Source of the DNA: Candidatus Kaiserbacteria bacterium
GTDB lineage: Bacteria; Patescibacteriota; Minisyncoccia; Phycocordibacterales; Phycocordibacteraceae
DNA length: 39,950 bases
Direction of reading: 5' to 3'
NCBI GenBank assembly: GCA_023264445.1
Contig: JAHFMN010000001.1
Location: forward strand, 135,928 to 175,877
Translations under genes and position numbers: made by a program
Notes under the pieces: generated by a model
Databases searched by the model: none
What the model was told of the DNA's origin: nothing
What the model saw: the letters and a program-made list of their open reading frames with translations, nothing else
Shown: positions 1 through 8,970 of the stretch, piece by piece
How positions within the stretch are numbered: the first letter of the stretch is position 1
Layout: each line of letters opens with the position of its first letter

Positions 1-1
1 T

Positions 2-337
2 TTTTTCGGTCCTTCTTTTGGGCAACGCAGTCAGCGCATTCTTGCTGAACGCACCCAGGTCGCTCAACTAGTCACTACCTACCGCGCGATTGCAGCCGAG
101 CTGCGCGAAACCAATGCCGCGCTCCTCGGCGCGCGCCAGAACGAAATCATAAAGACGCTGACTGTCATCACGGTCGTCATACTGCCGCTCGAGCTCATCG
201 CGGTTACCTTCGGCATACATGCACCGGGTGCGCCGCTTGAACAAAATCCGAACGCTTTCTGGATTATCATCGGCCTCATGTTCAGTACCGTCGTGCTCAT
301 GTTGGTATACTTTAGCCGCAAGCGCTGGATCTTTTAG
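2..337 (+). CDS. corA: CorA-family divalent cation transporter, C-terminal part (5'-truncated by window)
   Basis: Manual translation of frame 2: ...LRETNAALLGARQNEIIKTLTVITVVILPLELIAVTFGIH...FWIIIGLMFSTVVLMLVYFSRKRWIF*. Shows the N-x-x-x-K-x-LT / TM1 / TM2 / basic-W tail layout of CorA; the GMN motif reads GIH. Confidence 0.8.
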   Translation, partial: FFGPSFGQRSQRILAERTQVAQLVTTYRAIAAELRETNAALLGARQNEIIKTLTVITVVILPLELIAVTFGIHAPGAPLEQNPNAFWIIIGLMFSTVVLMLVYFSRKRWIF

Positions 338-340
338 TGC

Positions 341-1801
341 ATGAGCTGGATTGCGCGCATCTTCGGAAAACGAAATGACACGGTGCGCCGTGCGCACACA
401 CAGGTGTTTCTTACCAACACGCTCTCAAACGCAAAGGAGCTTTTCATATCCCAGAAGCCGGGCGTTGCAACGATGTATTCCTGCGGACCGACGGTCTACG
501 GACGCGCTCACATTGGCAATCTCCGTGCCTATGTCTTTGCCGACACGCTTGCGCGCGTCCTTACCGCTGCTGGATACCGCGTGCACCGCGTCATCAATAT
601 CACCGATGTCGGGCATATGGTTGGAGATGGGGACGAAGGCGAGGACAAGATGCAAGTGGGCGCGCGCCGGGAAAAGAAATCGCCAGAGGAAATCGCTGAT
701 CAATACACGAAGCTCTTTATTGAAGATATCGACGAACTCGGCATCAATACTCGAGACATCAATTTCCCACGGGCCACCGAATACATACGCGAGCAGATTG
801 CGCTCGCTAAAACTCTTGAAGAAAAGGGTTTCGCATATCGCACACCTGACGGCCTATATTTCGACACCAGCAGATTCCCCGCCTATGGCAAACTTGGCAA
901 TCGGCAAGGCGTTGAACTGAAAGAGGGCGCGCGCGTGCCGCTTGTGAAAGACAAGCGTCATCCAAACGATTTTGCACTCTGGCGCATGGCAAAGCCGGAT
1001 GATCTTCAGCAATGGGACAGCCCATGGGGGCGCGGTAATCCAGGCTGGCATATTGAGTGCTCCGCTATGTCGCGCTCGTTACTCGGGCAAGAGATCGACA
1101 TCCACACGGGCGGCGAGGACCATATCTCAACTCACCACAACAACGAGATCGCACAATCCGAAGCCGCAAACGGGCGTACCTTCGTGCATTACTGGCTTCA
1201 CAATGCCTTCCTAACAGTATTCGGGGAAAAGGTCGCGAAGTCACTCAAGAATGACGTTTCTCTCCCCGACGTCAGTGCAAAAGGATTTCACCCGCTCGCG
1301 CTGCGTTACTTCTTTCTTCAGGCGCATTACCGCACTCCCCTTTCCTTCTCATGGGATGCACTCGCTGGCGCATCCGAAGCGCTGAACCGGCTTTGGAGAA
1401 TCGCCCGCGAGCTTGCAGAAGAATCAAGAGGGAAGAACGCACCATCCGAAGCGCGTGTACGCTTCCTTGCTGCCATGCGCGACGACCTTGCGACACCGCA
1501 AGCGCTCGGTATCCTGTGGGACACGCTCAGAAGCGAGGAATACACGCCTGAGGAGAAATGGGGTCTTCTGGAGGATGCCGAAGCACATTTCGGCCTTTCA
1601 CTCATCCACCCACCCGCCAGTCGCACGGTAAAGGAAGCAGAAGTACCTGGAGAGATCCAGAATCTGCTCATTCGCCGTGAAGCGGCTCGTGCCGCGAAAG
1701 ACTTCGCCGAGGCCGACCGCATCCGGGGCGATATCGAGCACAGTGGATATCGTGTGGATGACGGGCCGAAAGGACCAGTGTTGACTCGGACAACTCTTTG
1801 A
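341..1801 (+). CDS. cysS: Cysteine--tRNA ligase
   Basis: CGPTVY..HIGN, NITDVGH, DFALW, [12 protein letters not shown], DIHTGGEDH motifs. Confidence 0.97.
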   Translation: MSWIARIFGKRNDTVRRAHTQVFLTNTLSNAKELFISQKPGVATMYSCGPTVYGRAHIGNLRAYVFADTLARVLTAAGYRVHRVINITDVGHMVGDGDEGEDKMQVGARREKKSPEEIADQYTKLFIEDIDELGINTRDINFPRATEYIREQIALAKTLEEKGFAYRTPDGLYFDTSRFPAYGKLGNRQGVELKEGARVPLVKDKRHPNDFALWRMAKPDDLQQWDSPWGRGNPGWHIECSAMSRSLLGQEIDIHTGGEDHISTHHNNEIAQSEAANGRTFVHYWLHNAFLTVFGEKVAKSLKNDVSLPDVSAKGFHPLALRYFFLQAHYRTPLSFSWDALAGASEALNRLWRIARELAEESRGKNAPSEARVRFLAAMRDDLATPQALGILWDTLRSEEYTPEEKWGLLEDAEAHFGLSLIHPPASRTVKEAEVPGEIQNLLIRREAARAAKDFAEADRIRGDIEHSGYRVDDGPKGPVLTRTTL

Positions 1802-1815
1802 TACAATTGGTCGTA

Positions 1816-3243
1816 ATGGCCACCGACTCAAACCAGAAAGGAACCGCTACGCGGAAAAGTAATCCAAGTCCTATTCCGCTTTCTGAATTCGTTACAGGGC
1901 GTGTTCCTCCGCAATCTCTTGATTCAGAACGTGCACTCCTCGGCGCACTTCTCTTGAAGCCGGATGCGATTCACGACGTTTCAGATCTCATCCGTCCGGA
2001 TTCTTTCTATGCGGAAAAACATCGACTCATATTCGGCGCGATGCGCGAGCTTGCCGAGCGCGGCGAGCCCATTGACCAGCTCTCTCTCACGCAGCGTCTA
2101 CAGGACCAAGGACTCTTGGAACGTTCCGGCGGCCGGAGCTATCTTGCCGAGCTTGCGGGCTCGGCACCAGCGCCCGGGAATTTCTCGCATTATGCCGATC
2201 TCGTCTCGCGGAAATATCTGATGCGTGCGCTCATCGACGCTGCCTACGGCATCACCGAATCGGCCTACGACGAAGCACGCGAAACGATGGAGGTGCTCGA
2301 TGAAGCCGAAAAGAGCATCTATGCCATCGGAAATGCTTCGGCCGCACACAAGTTCACCGCCATCGGAGACAAAGTGCATGAAGCATGGGACCGCATCGAG
2401 GCGCTTTCTAAGAAAGAGAGTGGTATTCGCGGCGTGCCTTCAGGCTTCCCTGCTCTCGATAATCTCCTTTCAGGATTCCATCCCTCCGACCTCGTCATCC
2501 TTGCCGCGCGTCCTTCAATGGGAAAGACGTCGCTTGCGCTTGATATCGCCCGAAATGCCGCCTTGCGCCACAACGTCCCGGTCGGCATCTTTTCGCTTGA
2601 AATGAGTTCGGAGCAGCTGATTGACCGCATGCTCGCGGCAGAATCTTTCGTCAACTCATGGAAATTGCGCACCGGCCAGGTGAAGGAGGAAGAGGATTTC
2701 GGTCGTATACGCGATGCACTTGAATCTCTTTCCAAGGCCCCAATTTATATTGATGACAAGCCGGGTAACAACATCCTCGCCATGCGTGCGGTCGCGCGCC
2801 GGCTGAAGCGTGAGCGCGGCATCGGGCTCATCGTCGTGGATTATCTTCAGCTCATGTCGCCCACCTCCACCAAGGCCTCTGATTCACTCGTCCAACAAGT
2901 CACCGAGATATCGCGCTCACTCAAGTCGCTTGCGCGCGAGCTTGAAGTACCGGTCATCGCGCTCTCACAGCTTTCGCGCGCCGTGGAGCAGCGCGGCGGC
3001 AGACCGCGCCTCTCCGACCTGCGCGACTCGGGCTCTATCGAACAGGACGCAGACGTCGTGATGTTCATCCACCGCGAAGACAAGCGCAACCCCGAAAGCG
3101 ACCGGCCGAATATCGCTGAGATTCTTATCGAGAAGCACCGCAACGGTCCAACCGGCAAGACCGAACTCTACTTTGACGAGAAGCGCGCGACCTTCCAGCC
3201 GATGGATACCACGGACTTTGGCGAGCTTGCAGCTGAATTTTGA
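1816..3243 (+). CDS. dnaB: Replicative DNA helicase
   Basis: PPQS..ERALLG, AARPSMGKT Walker A, VVDYLQL, SQLSR, DLRDSGSIEQDAD, KHRNGPTG; ATG at 1816 preferred over TTG at 1798. Confidence 0.97.
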   Translation: MATDSNQKGTATRKSNPSPIPLSEFVTGRVPPQSLDSERALLGALLLKPDAIHDVSDLIRPDSFYAEKHRLIFGAMRELAERGEPIDQLSLTQRLQDQGLLERSGGRSYLAELAGSAPAPGNFSHYADLVSRKYLMRALIDAAYGITESAYDEARETMEVLDEAEKSIYAIGNASAAHKFTAIGDKVHEAWDRIEALSKKESGIRGVPSGFPALDNLLSGFHPSDLVILAARPSMGKTSLALDIARNAALRHNVPVGIFSLEMSSEQLIDRMLAAESFVNSWKLRTGQVKEEEDFGRIRDALESLSKAPIYIDDKPGNNILAMRAVARRLKRERGIGLIVVDYLQLMSPTSTKASDSLVQQVTEISRSLKSLARELEVPVIALSQLSRAVEQRGGRPRLSDLRDSGSIEQDADVVMFIHREDKRNPESDRPNIAEILIEKHRNGPTGKTELYFDEKRATFQPMDTTDFGELAAEF

Positions 3244-3296
3244 AAATGGACTGGACAAGCGATGCATACCTCAAAATCCCGCTACCCGCGTAATCT

Positions 3297-3899
3297 ATGG
3301 ACCACATCGACGAACTTGCGAAAGCGCTTGCACGCTTCCCCGGCATCGGGCCGCGCCAGGGTAAGCGTTTCGTTTTCTATCTTCTCGCCGCTCCTGCCGC
3401 CGAGCGCGCGAAGCTCGCCGAACTTATCGCATCGCTCGGGAAAGATGTCCGGCAATGCTCCGAGTGCATGCGCTTCTATAACGGCAGTACCGCCTCTGTG
3501 TGTAATTATTGTTCCGACAAGACACGCGACGACGCGCAGCTCATGCTCGTGGAGAAAGACCAAGATCTCGCGGCCGTGGAGCGCGCCGGCACCTATCGCG
3601 GCCGTTATCTCGTCCTCGGCGGCGTGCTCACCCTCACCGGCAAGGGAGCGATTCGCAAAAAAGAATTACTGAAAACAGTAGAGAAAAGATTGAAAAGTGG
3701 GCTGAAAGAAATCGTCCTCGCGCTCTCCGCGACGAGCGAGGGCGAGCACACGAGCGACCGCGTGCGCGAACTGCTCGCGCCCTGGCGCGAGCAAGTGCGA
3801 ATTTCAGAACTTGGTCGCGGTCTCGCGACCGGTAGCGAGCTTGAATACTCCGACGCCGAGACCCTCCGCGCCGCTCTCACGAACCGTAAAGAAGCCTAG
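3297..3899 (+). CDS. recR: Recombination mediator RecR
   Basis: FPGIGPRQG HhH, CxxC...CxxC zinc finger, Toprim VE/EGE motifs, LEYSDAETL. Confidence 0.95.
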   Translation: MDHIDELAKALARFPGIGPRQGKRFVFYLLAAPAAERAKLAELIASLGKDVRQCSECMRFYNGSTASVCNYCSDKTRDDAQLMLVEKDQDLAAVERAGTYRGRYLVLGGVLTLTGKGAIRKKELLKTVEKRLKSGLKEIVLALSATSEGEHTSDRVRELLAPWREQVRISELGRGLATGSELEYSDAETLRAALTNRKEA

Positions 3900-3936
3900 A
3901 GCTTCATCAAATCCGACACCAGATCCGCACGCTTTC

Positions 3937-3982
3937 GCAATGTATCAATTTTGAACCTATAGGTTCAAAATTGATACATTGC
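3937..3982. repeat. Perfect 46-bp loopless palindrome, copy 1 of a dispersed family
   Basis: GCAATGTATCAATTTTGAACCTA|TAGGTTCAAAATTGATACATTGC between convergent recR and the DEAD helicase gene. Confidence 0.95.
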
Positions 3983-3997
3983 CGTATCGATACGGGC

Positions 3998-5338
3998 TTA
4001 GTAGCGCTCCTGGACGAAGGTGAGGGCCTTGCCCTTCAGCGTGGCGCGGCCGGTACGGCCGATGCGGTGCACATAGTCCTCATACGTAGACGGGAGGTCG
4101 TAGTTAATGACGTGCGAGACAGCTGGGATGTCGAGGCCGCGCGCGGCGACGTCGGTCGCCACGAGCACCGTCACCTTCCCCGCCTTGAAGGCCTCCAGAG
4201 CCCTCTGGCGCGCACCTTGGGTTTTATTGCCGTGGATGCTCTCCGCGTGGACATGCAGGCGGGAGAGTGCCTTAGCAAGTTTCTCCACACCGAACTTCGT
4301 TCGTCCGAAGACGAGGACGCGGCTAAACTCGCGGTCCTTGAGAAGTTCGGCGAGCACCTCAAATTTGTCTTTACCGCGCGGGATGCGCACGACGTCTTGA
4401 TCGACGTTTTTTGATGTGTCGCGTGTTTTAACTGAAATGATGACCGGACTCGAAAGGAAGTCGCCGATGAGCTTCTCGATATCCTTTCCCATCGTTGCAG
4501 AGAAGAAGAGCGTATGGCGCTCCTTACGCATCTTGGAGAGGATGAGGCGCATGTCGTCGATGAAGCCCATGTCGAGCATGCGGTCTGCCTCGTCGAGGAC
4601 AACCGTGCCGAAGTCAGTGAGCACGAGCGCCCGGCGCTCGAGCAAGTCCTTCAGACGGCCAGGGGTGCCGATGACGAATGCCGGGTTGTGCTTAAGCTGG
4701 GTTATCTGCGGGCCAATATTTGCACCACCGACGGCCACCATGCCGCGGAAGCCGAGGCCTTTGGCAAAACCAGCGAGTTCCTTCTCTATTTGCACCGCAA
4801 GCTCGCGCGTCGGCGCCATGACGAGTACGCGCTCACCCTTCTGCTTCATCACCTTATCGATAAGCGGGATGAGGAAGGCCGCAGTCTTGCCCGTACCAGT
4901 CTCTGCGAGACCGACGACGTCCTGGCCGAGAAGCGCATGCGGAATCGCCTTGTCCTGAATCGGCGTCGGGTTCTCGTACTTGCGTGCGAGCACGTTCGCC
5001 TTCAGGTGCGGATTGATATCGAAATCGGAGAACGTGTGTTCAGGGACGAATACCGGCTCCTCGGTCGTGACGACCGTCTTGTTCATAAACTTTGCGATCT
5101 CGCTTTCGGTCTCGCCGAAGACACCGAAACCGCCGCGCTTCCCTCCCCCGCGTCCGCCAGAACCGAAACCGCCACGTGCACCATACCCGCCACGAGACGG
5201 AAAGCGGCTTCCGCTTCGACTACCGAAGCGACTCGGGCCTGCACCGCCGCGTCCGGACGGACGCGGCGAATACGGTCGGTTTGAACTACCGCCATGAGAA
5301 CTGCCTCCCGTTTGATGATTCCAACGTCCTACTTGCAT
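3998..5338 (-). CDS. DEAD-box RNA helicase with Gly/Arg/Ser-rich N-terminal extension
   Basis: PTPIQ, AETGTGKT, PTRELA, TPGR, DEAD, SAT, HRIGRTGR. Confidence 0.96.
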   Translation of the reverse strand: MQVGRWNHQTGGSSHGGSSNRPYSPRPSGRGGAGPSRFGSRSGSRFPSRGGYGARGGFGSGGRGGGKRGGFGVFGETESEIAKFMNKTVVTTEEPVFVPEHTFSDFDINPHLKANVLARKYENPTPIQDKAIPHALLGQDVVGLAETGTGKTAAFLIPLIDKVMKQKGERVLVMAPTRELAVQIEKELAGFAKGLGFRGMVAVGGANIGPQITQLKHNPAFVIGTPGRLKDLLERRALVLTDFGTVVLDEADRMLDMGFIDDMRLILSKMRKERHTLFFSATMGKDIEKLIGDFLSSPVIISVKTRDTSKNVDQDVVRIPRGKDKFEVLAELLKDREFSRVLVFGRTKFGVEKLAKALSRLHVHAESIHGNKTQGARQRALEAFKAGKVTVLVATDVAARGLDIPAVSHVINYDLPSTYEDYVHRIGRTGRATLKGKALTFVQERY

Positions 5339-5419
5339 ATTGTTATAAAGCTAGAGAAATAAATTAAATACAGAAAGGCAAAAGCCTCCTCAAATGAAGT
5401 CTGCTCTCGTGTTGAAAAG

Positions 5420-5737
5420 TTAGGAGATCGAATCGATCTTTACTTTCAGGATCGGCTGGCGGTGGCCTTTGCGCTTATAGTAGCGGCTCTTCGGCTTATA
5501 TTTCACCACCTCAATTTTCTTATCCAATCCGGCGAGAACAACGGTGCCCTTGACCTCCGCGCCCTTGATAACAGGCGCGCCGATGGTCGTGTCCGAGCCG
5601 TTGTCGACGAGGAGCACCTCGTCAAAGACAACTGTGTCACCTTTCTTCAAATCCCCCGGGAGCTTCTCTATAGCGATAGTGTCGCCCTTAGAGACGACAT
5701 ACTGCTTCCCGCCGGTCTTGATTACGGCCACTTCCAT
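5420..5737 (-). CDS. rplU: 50S ribosomal protein L21
   Basis: AVIKTGGKQY...KRKGHRQ. Confidence 0.97.
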   Translation of the reverse strand: MEVAVIKTGGKQYVVSKGDTIAIEKLPGDLKKGDTVVFDEVLLVDNGSDTTIGAPVIKGAEVKGTVVLAGLDKKIEVVKYKPKSRYYKRKGHRQPILKVKIDSIS

Positions 5738-5775
5738 AGTGGGAGAACTATAGCATTCAAGCGGTAAAAAAACAA

Positions 5776-5793
5776 GGCGGACCGGAGTCCGCC
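5776..5793 (-). terminator. Intrinsic terminator of the 5813-6145 gene
   Basis: GGCGGAC/GTCCGCC stem followed by TTGTTTTTTT on the minus strand. Confidence 0.75.
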
Positions 5794-5812
5794 AATGAAA
5801 GTCTGCCGCAAG

Positions 5813-6145
5813 TCATACTGCGTTGGCCGCGCGCATTCCTCGGCCTTTTTTGACCACCTTTTTCTCTACCGCCTCCGCGAGACCCATTCGCTTCCTCCTC
5901 AAGAAGGGCCACGGCTTGATGGGACCGTACATGCCTTCCCTGAAGAAGACCTTGAACTCGAGCTGGCCCGACGCCTCGTTCTTGAGGAGTTTCGGGATGA
6001 GGGAATAGTCGCACGCCCAGAGATCGCGCACCTTTCCATCTTGGCACAGAACGTCCTTATGGGCATTTTCTGCTCCCAACTCCGTGGCGATCACCTCGTT
6101 CGTGTGACCCGTTGCTTCTATGAACCACTTCTTGGTTGCGGGCAT
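5813..6145 (-). CDS. Hypothetical protein (110 aa)
   Basis: AGGAGG SD, TTGACG-16-TATAGT promoter (6205-6178) and its own terminator. Confidence 0.75.
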   Translation of the reverse strand: MPATKKWFIEATGHTNEVIATELGAENAHKDVLCQDGKVRDLWACDYSLIPKLLKNEASGQLEFKVFFREGMYGPIKPWPFLRRKRMGLAEAVEKKVVKKGRGMRAANAV

Positions 6146-6243
6146 CTCTGCCTCCTGTATCCAATGGACCAGACTCCACTATACGAGAAAATTACTGTTC
6201 GTCAAAATGTTCATATCTTGTGCATGTGTGCTACGCTGCCGGA

Positions 6244-6405
6244 GCGCAGACCGTACTCTATTCCGCTCGAAAGAGATGAGCCGGGATCAGATCACAGCGC
6301 AATTCCGGGTGACAACGCCCGGATTCATCGCCGCAGAGAAGATGGTTGGCTCGGAGTCCAAACCCGCAGCTCCCCCCTCGAATCTTCTTCTGTGGCGGTT
6401 TTTTT
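6244..6405 (+). ncRNA. Candidate structured non-coding RNA
   Basis: Extended -10 TG-c-TACGCT (6229-6237), CTC-GAAA-GAG hairpin, TCCGGGTG/CGCCCGGA stem (6304-6323), long stem 6327-6343/6382-6399 ending in T7; G-U pairs favour the + strand. Confidence 0.5.
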
Positions 6406-7450
6406 ATTCTTCTGTCGCGAGCGGTTTATCGAGGAGTTCTGGCTCAATGCCTATCTTTACTTCGGCGATGCGGTAGACGTCTTTGTCTATCTTGCCAAGC
6501 TCTTTATAGCCGGCATTGTAGTGGCTCACCGTCGTTCCAAGCGAGGTACCGAGCTTTCGATAGAACTCTTCATAGGTGCCGATATGCTTCCCGAGCTCCC
6601 CTACCCGCTTCTGGATATCTACGGCTTTCTCTTCGATCTGCATGGCTTTGAGTCCCTGCATGACCGTCTGGAGGTACGCGAGGAAGGAGGTGGGTGAGAC
6701 GATGATGACCTTATATCTGCTCGCGGCTCTCTGGATAAGATTCTCTTCCTCCCCAGCGCCGACCTGATTGGTGAGGAGGTCGTAATAGATACCCTCGGAA
6801 GGGATAAACATGAAGGCGAAATCCATCGTGTCTTCCTCGGGGCGGATATATTTTGCCGTCTCGGTGATGCGCATCTTGAGGTCATTTACAAAAGCTTTTT
6901 CAGCCACCACGCGCTCGGGACTTCCGACCTGGGTGCTTACAAACCGATTGTAATTATCGAGCGAAAACTTTGAGTCCACGGGCACCAGCTTTTTATTGAT
7001 GACGATGACGGCGTCTACCACCTCGCCATTCTTAAACGGATATTGAATCCGATAATCCTGCGGCGACATGACGTTCTTCAGCACCGTCTCGAGATAGTAT
7101 TCGCCGAGGATACCGCGCTGTTTCGGATTCTTCAGCAGGTCTTGGAGCGATTGGAGTTGCTCTGCATAGGTCTGGGTCTGGCGGCCGATCTCCTTTACCG
7201 AGGTCAGCTCGGTCGTGATTTCCTTGATAAGCCGATTAGACTCCGTGAATTGCCGGTGCGCGTTGTCCTGCATCGCCTTGGAGGACTCCGAGACGCGCGT
7301 ATCGAGCGTGCGCGCGAGCTCCTGCATCTGCTGTTGGAGGAGCACCATTCCGCCCGACTCTCCGGGCTTTGTCATACTGTTGCGTAGCCAGATAAAGCCG
7401 ACAACAAGCACTATGAGAATAAGGGCGGCAAGTAGTGTGAGAACATCCAT
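6404..7450 (-). CDS. rmuC: DNA recombination protein RmuC
   Basis: N-terminal TM, coiled coil, PKQRGILGE, VDSKF, TMDFAFMFIPSEG, IVSPTS. Confidence 0.93.
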   Translation of the reverse strand: MDVLTLLAALILIVLVVGFIWLRNSMTKPGESGGMVLLQQQMQELARTLDTRVSESSKAMQDNAHRQFTESNRLIKEITTELTSVKEIGRQTQTYAEQLQSLQDLLKNPKQRGILGEYYLETVLKNVMSPQDYRIQYPFKNGEVVDAVIVINKKLVPVDSKFSLDNYNRFVSTQVGSPERVVAEKAFVNDLKMRITETAKYIRPEEDTMDFAFMFIPSEGIYYDLLTNQVGAGEEENLIQRAASRYKVIIVSPTSFLAYLQTVMQGLKAMQIEEKAVDIQKRVGELGKHIGTYEEFYRKLGTSLGTTVSHYNAGYKELGKIDKDVYRIAEVKIGIEPELLDKPLATEE

Positions 7451-7470
7451 GCGTGTATAATACCAACACT

Positions 7471-7926
7471 ATGGCCATCCACGAAACATTGAAGAAATCC
7501 ATTCCCGAGGCACTCCGCGCCCACGACGAAGTACGGCTCCGAACGCTCCGCTCGCTCGTCGCTGCGATGACGAATGAAGTCGTCGCCAAGAAGCGAAAAC
7601 CAGACGAATTCCTGACCGACGATGAAGCGCTCGCGGTCTTGAAGCGTGCGGCAAGCCAGCGCAAGGACTCCATTGAGCAGTTTGAGAAAGGCGGCCGCCC
7701 CGAACTCACGGAGCCCGAGAAAGCCGAGCTTGCCATCATTGATTCCTACCTCCCCCAGATGATGAGCCGCGAGGAAATCATGCCCATTGCAAAAGCGAAG
7801 ATGGCCGAGCTTGGCGTTTCGAGTAAAGCAGATGCCGGCAAATTTACCGGTGCCCTGATGAAGGAACTTAAAGGCAGGGCCGACGGCGGCGACGTCAAAG
7901 CTATCGTAGATTCTCTGCTCTCGTAG
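7471..7926 (+). CDS. GatB/YqeY domain protein
   Basis: QRKDSIEQFEKGGR...ELAIIDSYLP...LKGRADG. Confidence 0.92.
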   Translation: MAIHETLKKSIPEALRAHDEVRLRTLRSLVAAMTNEVVAKKRKPDEFLTDDEALAVLKRAASQRKDSIEQFEKGGRPELTEPEKAELAIIDSYLPQMMSREEIMPIAKAKMAELGVSSKADAGKFTGALMKELKGRADGGDVKAIVDSLLS

Positions 7927-8038
7927 TCTAGCTTTCTCAGCATTTTGTGATATAGTATCAGTGGCTGTGTTCATTGAGTGCGCGACTGCGTGCCTACCGG
8001 CTACGTCCCATCTACAACTAAATGAAAGGGGTTTAAAA

Positions 8039-8398
8039 ATGACGAAGAAACAGATCGAGATCGGCGGAGTGGCGGTATATCCGGACTTCATCCCACCAAG
8101 CGGGAAAGTGCATGTCGGGGTCTGGGTGGAGCGTCCAATGTCGCGCACGCAATGCGCTGAGTTGATGCGTCTCAACGATACTGCGGGACTCGGGCATGTC
8201 GGCGTATGTCGTGTCGGCTTCGGGAATTCCAAGGTTTCCTACATCGGTCCAGCGGCCCGCAGGGAAACCGACCGAGATACCACTCCGAAGAAAATCGCCG
8301 CGCGGCTCGCTCAAGCTGTCCAGTCGGTGACCGGCACGAGAATCATCGTCCGGAGGTTGCCGAACAACCAGGCAGTAAGTCGCGCACTTCCTAGCTAG
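8039..8398 (+). CDS. Hypothetical protein
   Basis: ORF with AAAGGGG SD before ATG 8039, upstream TG-a-TATAGT and downstream hairpin. Confidence 0.6.
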   Translation: MTKKQIEIGGVAVYPDFIPPSGKVHVGVWVERPMSRTQCAELMRLNDTAGLGHVGVCRVGFGNSKVSYIGPAARRETDRDTTPKKIAARLAQAVQSVTGTRIIVRRLPNNQAVSRALPS

Positions 8399-8424
8399 TC
8401 CCTGCCCTATCCCAGAAGGGGAAA

Positions 8425-8454
8425 AATCGGCGCCTACCATACAAGGCGCCGATT
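8425..8454 (+). terminator. Hairpin, probable terminator
   Basis: AATCGGCGCCT/AGGCGCCGATT 11-bp stem. Confidence 0.6.
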
Positions 8455-8470
8455 CCATTTACGGCTAGGC

Positions 8471-8517
8471 TGTGGATAATGTGCTTGCTTGACAAATATA
8501 TCAATACCTGCTATTCT
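8471..8517 (+). promoter_or_regulatory. DnaA box plus sigma70 promoter
   Basis: TGTGGATAA (8471-8479, reverse complement of TTATCCACA), then TTGACA-17-TATTCT (8489-8517). Confidence 0.65.
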
Positions 8518-8549
8518 ACGGAGCAGGATAACTTCATAGGAGGGCTTAA

Positions 8550-8798
8550 ATGCTCACCCCAGCAGAAAAAATCTTGCTCGCCAAGGTTCTTGAAGTGGCG
8601 GGCACCGATGAGGGAAAGGTAAAGAGCGGTGTCAGCGCGGCAATATATTCCGAAGAGGATTGCCGCGGAGACACCGGCAAGGCGCGCCGAACGCACCTTT
8701 GGGCCGTACTGCCGAATGCCGCAAGGCGCAAGATTCGGGAGTTGAAACGGAAAGAGGAAGCGGAGCGTACGCGCCAGCGAGAGCTCTCGCTGGTATGA
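8550..8798 (+). CDS. Hypothetical small basic protein (82 aa)
   Basis: AGGAGG SD and near-consensus promoter. Confidence 0.65.
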   Translation: MLTPAEKILLAKVLEVAGTDEGKVKSGVSAAIYSEEDCRGDTGKARRTHLWAVLPNAARRKIRELKRKEEAERTRQRELSLV

Positions 8799-8895
8799 AA
8801 TTCTGCGGGCCATTGGCCACGCTTACCGACACAGCAATGTGTCGGTCATCTTTTATACTTCCCTCCCCGCATTTTTTTTGGTATACAACACACGA

Positions 8896-8970
8896 GGCCC
8901 TATCGTCTAACGGTTAGGACACATCCTTCTCAAGGATGGAATCAGAGTTCGATTCTCTGTAGGGTCACCA
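8896..8970 (+). tRNA. tRNA-Glu (CTC)
   Basis: GGCCCTA/TAGGGTC acceptor stem, CATCC-TT CTC AA-GGATG anticodon arm, CAGAG-TTCGATT-CTCTG T arm, ACCA end. Confidence 0.95.

Noticed and set aside
4416-5284. Long + strand ORFs within the helicase region
   Set aside because: Antisense shadows of the DEAD-box gene in GC-rich codons.
5795-6697. 300-aa + strand ORF
   Set aside because: Antisense shadow of rmuC and of the 5813-6145 gene, both of which have better motifs and expression signals.
7411-8232. 273-aa minus-strand ORF
   Set aside because: Shadow of yqeY and the neighbouring gene.
8471-8479. Replication origin
   Set aside because: Only isolated DnaA boxes; no cluster, no DUE and no dnaA/dnaN nearby.
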